A stretch of 63,998 bases of DNA, counting the filler, from Sanchytrium tribonematis (lineage: Eukaryota): the NCBI GenBank assembly GCA_018985235.1. It is 14 parts of 14 records of this genome, joined end to end, with 100 filler letters (N's around TTAATTAATTAA, not from the genome) between each part and the next. Parts side by side here need not be neighbours in the genome. Positions count along the whole stretch, not along the records: positions 55,761 to 57,918 come from JADGIG010001110.1; positions 58,019 to 60,169 come from JADGIG010001111.1; positions 60,270 to 62,414 come from JADGIG010001112.1; positions 62,515 to 63,998 come from JADGIG010001268.1; 10 more parts are not named here. One strand, 5' to 3'. The position numbers and the translations under genes were made by a program. The notes under the pieces were generated by a model. That model was given only the letters and a program-made list of their open reading frames with translations, had not been told where the DNA came from and made no database searches. Of the stretch, positions 57,009 through 63,998 are shown piece after piece; position 1 is the first letter of the stretch, and the number at the start of each line of letters is the position of its first letter.

Positions 57009-57510
57009 TTAAAACATAAATTGAATAAATCGAATTTTGGATAATAAGATAGCAGGTGTTGGTCTTTTGAATGGGTCACATTGAATTAATAAATGAACCA
57101 TAGATTTCATTGCAATGATTGGATTTGAATGGCTCAATAATTTATATTTCTTAATTCTTTCTGATTTAGTGAAATTGGTGCATTTTACAATGTTTTAATT
57201 CGCTATTTAATGGTGGCAGATGAAATTTAATCAATTTGATGATATTTTGATGATTTAATTTGGATAATACAGTGATTTCATTCTTTAATTTAAGATATTC
57301 TTCAATAATTCTATATTTCACAATCATTTGAATCAATGGATGCTCATAATGACTATAAAATTGAATTGATTTTGTCACAATTTGGCCATTTTTGACTATT
57401 TTTGGACCTGTATCTGCAATAAAAGTAAAAAATTGAATGGTGTACTGTTGTCTAGGTGATTGAATCACTGTATAATCATAAATTGCATAATATAGTGGCA
57501 TCAAAATCAT
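57009..57510 (-). pseudogene. Tandem paralog of the secreted kinase lacking the catalytic core
   Basis: Shares EY.KLKNEI..L..L.H.NIIK and, in another frame, AMKSMVHLLIQCDPFKRPTPA; HRD-DFG-APE region missing. Confidence 0.7.
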
Positions 57511-57551
57511 GATCAATTTGGAGTCCACAAGGGGTATTTTCACTTCAAACC

Positions 57552-57918
57552 ATGTTGCAAACCATGTCCCAAATAGATCTCTTCAAATTCATCGTAAATG
57601 GCACTGAAAATGGAATAGGTGGTCATACCCAACTCACCAATGATGAAATCATCACCCATTTCAAAGCATATCAATATGGTAATCCATATGGCATGAGAAT
57701 CAAATTTAAACCCCCCCATTCTGCCCACAAATCAAATCACATTATCCTATTCCGTTTATTTCCCACCAGATTTCATCATTAATAAAGGTGGCAAATTACC
57801 AGGTTTATGTGGTGGCTGTAAATGCAATCATGATGGTTTTTGCATTCGTCCCATGTGGCGTCGTCAATTTGATAATGAGATATATGTCCATGGTCCTCCA
57901 CAATCTACTGACTATTAT
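57552..57918 (+). CDS. Polysaccharide lyase family 14-like fragment, frameshift at C7 run 57711-57717, 3' truncated
   Basis: Frame from 57721: ITLSYSVYFPPDFIINKGGKLPGLCGG..DGFCIRPMWR..EIYV. Confidence 0.72.
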
Positions 57919-58123
57919 NNNNNNNNNNNNNNNNNNNNNNNNNNNNNNNNNNNNNNNNNNNNTTAATTAATTAANNNNNNNNNNNNNNNNNNNNNNNNNN
58001 NNNNNNNNNNNNNNNNNNAAAAGATGCAATTCGCGATATGTTGGGGTGATATCGTTGGATATTCAATTGATTTACAAACAAACCCACGGAGTATTTTGCG
58101 TCTTCTCCTCGAAATTTGTCAAA

Positions 58124-59251
58124 ATGTTGCTATCTGCTGTCATGTTCGCCAATCTCCAATTATCACAAACCATTAAAGTCGACAATCCATCATTCGTACA
58201 AGTATACAATGGCAATTTACTAGTCAGTTCATTCTCAAAATGGAGTGCTAAAATTTATTCCATATCCCCATCCAATGATATCTCTATTTTGAAGAATTCA
58301 AAATGGATGACATGGCCAAATGAGATCACATTATCGAGTTACAAGAATCAGAACATTGCATATGTCGGAAATGGGTTCTTACCGCCTTTTAAACAACTAG
58401 GTGCCATTTATGAAATCAACAAAGATGAAGTAAAACGCATTACGCCCATCAGATTTGGATGGTTTTACCATAAAGTATTAGAATTAGATGTCAATTTTGA
58501 TGGTGTATTGGATTTAGTGAGTTGTAAAGCGCAAGTACCCTTGCTCTATGGCGAGCCACAATCTAAAATGGTATTTTTTGATGGATTAACCAATTATGCG
58601 AATGAAATAGACATTATGGATGGATGCGATGTCAATTTTGTCATTTCTGATTTAGATAAAGACGGGAAATCAGAAATGATTTATGCGGGTTTTTGGAGCA
58701 GAGAATTGGCCATTATCACCTCACCAGATGGTAGATTTGATTATCCAGAAAGACTCGTTAAAACAGTTATTGCAAATGACATTGGGAGCGTGTTTGATGT
58801 TCAATTGGTTGATTTAAACAATGATGGTCAATTTGAATTATTAGTGACAAATCACCAGACCAAAGAAGATTTAATCACTAGTAAAGTCATGATTTACATT
58901 CCTGATAGAAAGGGACCCATCACCAATTGGAAATGGCAACAAAAAATCATTTTAGAAAATATTCCAGTGCGAAACACGGGTAAAAATGAAGCATCACCTG
59001 GCAGTGCCAAATCCATTTCTAAAACCAATGCGAAAGGATATCCATATATCACAGTAAGTGGGGATGGCTCACAAGAAGCTTATTTATTAAAACCCACTAA
59101 TAATGAATTTGAGTATCATCCAGAAGTGTTTTCAAATTGTAGTTCAACTGTGGGAGATGTGAGTGAACAGAAATGGAAAAATGATGTATTTATAGTAGTA
59201 CCATGCTATAATGAGAATGAATTGAGATTATATAAATTTGAAAATGAATAA
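58124..59251 (+). CDS. Secreted FG-GAP/VCBS repeat beta-propeller protein
   Basis: DVNFDGVLD, DLDKDGKSE, DLNNDGQFE Ca-binding loops; hydrophobic N-terminus. Confidence 0.8.
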   Translation: MLLSAVMFANLQLSQTIKVDNPSFVQVYNGNLLVSSFSKWSAKIYSISPSNDISILKNSKWMTWPNEITLSSYKNQNIAYVGNGFLPPFKQLGAIYEINKDEVKRITPIRFGWFYHKVLELDVNFDGVLDLVSCKAQVPLLYGEPQSKMVFFDGLTNYANEIDIMDGCDVNFVISDLDKDGKSEMIYAGFWSRELAIITSPDGRFDYPERLVKTVIANDIGSVFDVQLVDLNNDGQFELLVTNHQTKEDLITSKVMIYIPDRKGPITNWKWQQKIILENIPVRNTGKNEASPGSAKSISKTNAKGYPYITVSGDGSQEAYLLKPTNNEFEYHPEVFSNCSSTVGDVSEQKWKNDVFIVVPCYNENELRLYKFENE

Positions 59252-59263
59252 ACTTGATTTTAT

Positions 59264-60124
59264 TTAAGACGTATCTGGTGGCAAGTATGCCCAATTTCCT
59301 GTGATATTCGTAGATCCGTAAATCAGACCAGTGTCTCCATTGACCGTACCCACAATAAATCCTGATGTGATGCTCACAGTTGCCCAATCTTGAGTACCTT
59401 CCCAAACTTCCATTGCAAAATGTGGATTTGTATTCCCTTCTGTAATATCTGTTACAATTTCAACACTCACATCCGCACATTTAATAAAGTGTTTGTTTAA
59501 ATTTGCCGTGATTCCACAGATGAAGTTGCCAGACATACTCATTTGTTCCAAATAATATGGTAATTTCTTGGTTAATTCCATTGTTTCAGTGGGTGTGTCT
59601 CCAATAGCACCACAATAGACGGCATCTGATTTGCCTACACATAAAGTGCCTGCATCCAATGCAACAGAATGACTGTCATCCCCATTTGTAATTTGTATCC
59701 ATGAATAATCCGTAAGACTGAAAACACTGCACCAAGTTTGTGAATTGTCATTCGAGAGACATATAAAATTGTCGTCCAATTGCACTTGTACTACATCTCC
59801 AGCATCAACATCCACAAAATCAATGTCATAAGTCTGTCCATCTTCATTTAAAACCCCATCGATATTGTCTGTACACCATAATTTGCCGTCACCCCCAATG
59901 GCACACGCATTAGCACCCCTAATGGCAATATATTTACCCTGTCCATTCTTCCTGCTAGAGGTTGACCAGGTGACGCCTCCATCTTGTGTCGTTTTGCAAT
60001 AATAATAATCATCCATTCCAACCCCACAGAATCGACCAGGACCATTCAGTTCCACATAAGTGGATATTTGCTTGTAATTGTCTGTTAATTGCGTCATTGT
60101 TAAAGCGTTGACAACTGAAATCAT
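59264..60124 (-). CDS. Secreted tectonin-like beta-propeller (lectin-like)
   Basis: Repeats of about 40 aa with Q-I-S..xCG/A..YC pattern. Confidence 0.6.
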   Translation of the reverse strand: MISVVNALTMTQLTDNYKQISTYVELNGPGRFCGVGMDDYYYCKTTQDGGVTWSTSSRKNGQGKYIAIRGANACAIGGDGKLWCTDNIDGVLNEDGQTYDIDFVDVDAGDVVQVQLDDNFICLSNDNSQTWCSVFSLTDYSWIQITNGDDSHSVALDAGTLCVGKSDAVYCGAIGDTPTETMELTKKLPYYLEQMSMSGNFICGITANLNKHFIKCADVSVEIVTDITEGNTNPHFAMEVWEGTQDWATVSITSGFIVGTVNGDTGLIYGSTNITGNWAYLPPDTS

Positions 60125-60269
60125 TTGTTGCTTTCTGGGGGAAGATGCGTATTTTAACTTGATTTCATTNNNNNNNNNNNNNNNNNNNNNNNNNNNNNNN
60201 NNNNNNNNNNNNNTTAATTAATTAANNNNNNNNNNNNNNNNNNNNNNNNNNNNNNNNNNNNNNNNNNNN

Positions 60270-61041
60270 AATGCACAATAATATCCACTAATTCATCACC
60301 AGGTTGATATAATTGACAATCTACATGATATGTTTCATGATTCATGATGAATTCATAATTTAATAAATTGGGTTTAAATTGATTCCATTCAAATGTACCT
60401 GGTACAAATGGACTATTGGCTGGATTGGCATCTTGTAATGACATTTGAGTGCCATAGGGAAGATGGGATGACTTTACTAGTGCTAATAAGATGGGTTGAT
60501 CAATTACAGTAAAAATGGAGTCAAAAGTATCTCCATTTAATTGTATTTTGGTGTAAGTGCGTGGGGATGCACCAGATTGAAAATGGCATGAGAACTCAAT
60601 ATTGGATGGTATCGAATATTGTGTTTTAATGGAATTTCCACATTTTAATTGATAATCTGGATGAAATTGCCAATTTAATTCAGTCAATTCTAAATGCGTC
60701 TCGGATTGATCTAAATCAAATGTATTGACATTGTGAGTGAACTCATCTGATATTTTCAATTTTAAATCATGGGTGATTGTAAATTGCAAATGAATATCGG
60801 GTGATTGATCGGATGTTTTGGGTGTTTTGGGTGCTTTGACACGCCAATGGGTAGTTGATCGAGTCACATGGATGGATTTTAATGTGAATACATCAATGTG
60901 ATTCTGATGAATGATTTGGCAGTTGGTATTTAATGATTTGATGAAATCAGGGAGATTGGTGCATTCAAAACATGCATTGGCATCATAATGGAGTCATTTT
61001 GACATCCAAGGGGAAATGTGATTGAAAAATGGCAACATTTT
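60270..61041 (-). pseudogene. Hypothetical protein, 5' region interrupted by TGA, 3' truncated
   Basis: MLPFFNHISPWMSK* then a long open frame to the contig edge. Confidence 0.35.
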
Positions 61042-61053
61042 GATAAATTGATT

Positions 61054-61341
61054 TTATTGACATAGAATATAGGTCTCACTACCAGATACGAGTTGGGGGA
61101 TCATGATAATTGTATTTGAAGGTAAATTTAACTGATTTCCATTGTGAATCAAATCAATTTGTTGAAAAACTTTACCAGTAGATTGCTGTACTTTAAGTGT
61201 GTATTGATGCGAGAGACTGACTGAGACGCTGATGCCTAAATTGGAGAAATAAATGGATTTACCTGGTTTTAAAGTGTAATGAAGATGGTTATCACAGTGC
61301 AAAGTGAATGAGATTGCAAATAAAGTGAAAATGAATGTCAA
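61054..61341 (-). CDS. Small secreted hypothetical protein
   Basis: MLTFIFTLFA start; stop within AATAAA. Confidence 0.5.
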   Translation of the reverse strand: MTFIFTLFAISFTLHCDNHLHYTLKPGKSIYFSNLGISVSVSLSHQYTLKVQQSTGKVFQQIDLIHNGNQLNLPSNTIIMIPQLVSGSETYILCQ

Positions 61342-61473
61342 CATGAGTTGGCAAGGCACACTTTGTTATAAATGACATTTTTGGCAATAATTAGCCACGA
61401 TTTGGCGATCAAAGTCCAATCGAATAAAATTTGAATATTTTTTAAATAGGTCTGAAACATTTATAAAAATTTT

Positions 61474-62414
61474 ATGCTCTTAATTTTTACTTTATTAGTG
61501 AATGCTATTAATCCGGATTGTCCGGATGTTGTTAATTTGGCAATTGGATTGAATATGCCCACAGTTTTACCAGATATTTTTGAATTATTAAAAAAAGATT
61601 GCTGCTCCCCACATTCTTCTACAACTAGTAATATATTACCAGATTGTGATCAAAATAATGTGATATTTATAGACTGGGAAGGATTAGATTTAGACGGATT
61701 TGTGAATGAAACTGCTATTCCTTCAAAATTAAAATATCTATCGTTGTCTAAAAATAGAATTGTGGGAACTTTGCCCGGTCAATTGCCTAAAACATTGCGC
61801 ACTCTTAAATTGTCATGGAATAATCTGCAAGGCACACTCCCGTTGTATCAAGATGGCCTTGAAATAATGGAAATTTCATATAATCATATCACCAAAATAA
61901 TAGGACTGCCAAACACACTGGTGGAGATGATTGCATATTATTGTAATATTGGTGGAAATTTACCATTATTACCAATTACTATGTTGGAAGTAGACTTGCG
62001 AAATAATTTTTTTATTGGCAATATCTCTAATTTACCTAGCCAATTAAAATGGCTGCGAATTAATGGAAATCGTTTGACAGGCGTGATTCCCCAAATACTT
62101 CCCTCTACGCTTAATTGGATCCAAATGGGCTCCAATTTACTATCAGGTGATTTAAATCGAGATTGGCCATTTTCATTACAATATCTTGGAGTAGAAAACA
62201 ATTTATTATCTGGATATCTTCCATCATTTACAGCTGCTTTATATGAATTGCACGTGTCTGATAATCAATTTAAAGGAGAATTACCTTTTTATGAAGCTGT
62301 CACGATTTTATATGCAAAAAATAATAATTTGACAGGTTGCTTACCACCCATGTACAGTATATCCGATATAGACATCAGCAATAATCATTTTAATGGCAAA
62401 TTGCACTTGTTTAG
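61474..62414 (+). CDS. Secreted LRR protein, 3' truncated
   Basis: MLLIFTLLVNA signal, DCPDVVNLAIGLNM..DCC N-cap, LRRs. Confidence 0.87.
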
Positions 62415-62514
62415 NNNNNNNNNNNNNNNNNNNNNNNNNNNNNNNNNNNNNNNNNNNNTTAATTAATTAANNNNNNNNNNNNNNNNNNNNNNNNNNNNNN
62501 NNNNNNNNNNNNNN

Positions 62515-63046
62515 GAAAAGATAATCTTTTTGGCCTCTGATAAGCTCCAGTGGCTAAAATGATTCTATCTGCTTCGAAAGTGGCTTTCGATGTGTAAATT
62601 TGGAATTTTAAATTGCTTTCTTGTAATAAATTTAAGACATCGCACTTAACATATTTAATGTTCAATTTCGTTGCTGCATATTTGAAATATTTTGCAACCG
62701 CGCTTCTTTTTGGTCTATAAAATTCGTATTCTTCAACCATTTGGTTTGTTTCTTTCAAATAATCTTCGAATGTATATTGTGGAATATCTAATTGCCATCC
62801 ATAACTGACTGTCTCGGTATCATCCGATTCATTCCATATACCACCAAGGTGATCGCCAAGAATAATCACTTCGTATCTTGAATCTTTCTTTGTAAATTGA
62901 ACTTGAGACGCCCTTCGTTTTAACTTATTTGGCCAATATGACTTAGAAAATTGGTGCAAATCTTGTTTTGGTATGAAACCATTTAATAAAGCTGCAGTAA
63001 ATATAGCAGATGGTCCGGATCCAATAATGTAAATTCGTTCTTTCAT
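62515..63046 (-). CDS. FAD-dependent oxidoreductase (OSGIN-like), 3' truncated
   Basis: IIGSGPSA dinucleotide-binding motif, GGIWN, ILATG. Confidence 0.7.
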
Positions 63047-63138
63047 GGGTTCCACGGAGAAGTACAAATGAAGTCTAAATGACACTAATCATGCATTGAT
63101 TGGCAATTGCAGTATGGTAAAATAATAAACCAAATGCT

Positions 63139-63998
63139 TTATTCAATTGTGGCCGGAGGCTCAGGTGATACTTCTAAAATCTTATCCAGAGTTGCCTCAG
63201 TATTGGCCAGCTCTCGTAGCAATTTGGCATTTGAGGGGCCGGTTTGGTCTAACAAGGAACTAAATAATGAATTGGGGTTGTTTGATAAGGTTTTAGGTGT
63301 GTCGTATTCTCCAACTAAGCCGTTTTTCATCACCAAAATTTTATCAAAGTCAATAATCGTATTTAGTCGATGGGCAACTGTCAAAATTGTTTTGTCCGCA
63401 AAATCCCTTCGAATCGCCAACTGAATAAATCTATCTGTATGGACATCAACACTGGCACTTGCTTCATCCATAATAATGACGCTCACGTCAAGTAACATGG
63501 CCCTAGCCAAGCAAAAGAGTTGACGTTGCCCGACACTATAATTTTCACCATTCTCACTTACAAGACTATCCAGTTTATCGTCAAGTTTTTCGATGGCAGC
63601 CTTTAAACCCACTCTTTCAAGGACTGACCATAGTTTCGCCTCATCAAATTGACTATATCGATCCAAATTTGTTCTGATAGTCCCACTAAATAAAACAGGA
63701 TCTTGTGGAACAATTGCTACACCCTTTCTTAAGGCATGTAATCCGACCTTTGAAATATCGATGTTGTCAATAATTATCTCTCCGCTATTCAATTCTACTA
63801 ACCTTAATAAGGCAACCATCAATGAAGACTTTCCGGATCCAGTTCGACCAACAATTCCTACTTTTGTACCTGCAGGAATATTCAAATTAATGCCTTTAAG
63901 AACATCAGGTAACCCTGGTCGATATGACATCACAACGCCTTTGAATACCACTTCGCCCTTATTAGGCCAATTTTCAGGGTCTTCTTCTAACGTTTTAG
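63139..63998 (-). CDS. ABCC/MRP transporter C-terminal NBD, 5' truncated by window
   Basis: GRTGSGKSS, YSVGQRQL, MDEASASVD, AHRL. Confidence 0.94.
   Translation of the reverse strand, partial: KTLEEDPENWPNKGEVVFKGVVMSYRPGLPDVLKGINLNIPAGTKVGIVGRTGSGKSSLMVALLRLVELNSGEIIIDNIDISKVGLHALRKGVAIVPQDPVLFSGTIRTNLDRYSQFDEAKLWSVLERVGLKAAIEKLDDKLDSLVSENGENYSVGQRQLFCLARAMLLDVSVIIMDEASASVDVHTDRFIQLAIRRDFADKTILTVAHRLNTIIDFDKILVMKNGLVGEYDTPKTLSNNPNSLFSSLLDQTGPSNAKLLRELANTEATLDKILEVSPEPPATIE

Noticed and set aside
18666..62514. Repeated TTAATTAATTAA flanked by Ns as a repeat or CRISPR-like array
   Set aside because: Artificial six-frame-stop linker between contigs; ORF ends reading XXX..LIN are artefacts
288..63424. 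Many short antisense or nested ORFs in the ORF track
   Set aside because: Shadows of well-supported genes with no motifs of their own

Overview
Eukaryotic, AT-rich and extremely gene-dense DNA from 14 unrelated contigs joined by 13 artificial 100-nt linkers (N-run/TTAATTAATTAA/N-run), so no synteny can be inferred across linkers. Gene content (IFT52, centrin, septin, Mid1, MscS-like channels, Sut1-type permease, ATG15, HEI10, a Crinkler-like effector, secreted LRR proteins) points to a reduced early-diverging zoosporic fungus or close relative. A sanchytrid-like parasite is my guess, and this is inference only. Main result: 11 GT-AG introns could be located by restoring reading frames. All 11 are exactly 19 nt long and share an invariant T at position 12 and A at position 14 (consensus GT-N9-T-N-A-N-N-Y-AG), suggesting a fixed-length tiny-intron splicing system. 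Other signs of compaction: AATAAA fused to stop codons, head-to-head genes 14-21 nt apart, overlapping convergent genes, shortened proteins and very short signal peptides. Short contigs carry accessory genes: LRR family, secreted kinases, a PL14-like lyase, lectin/FG-GAP propellers and a Ty3/gypsy integrase.
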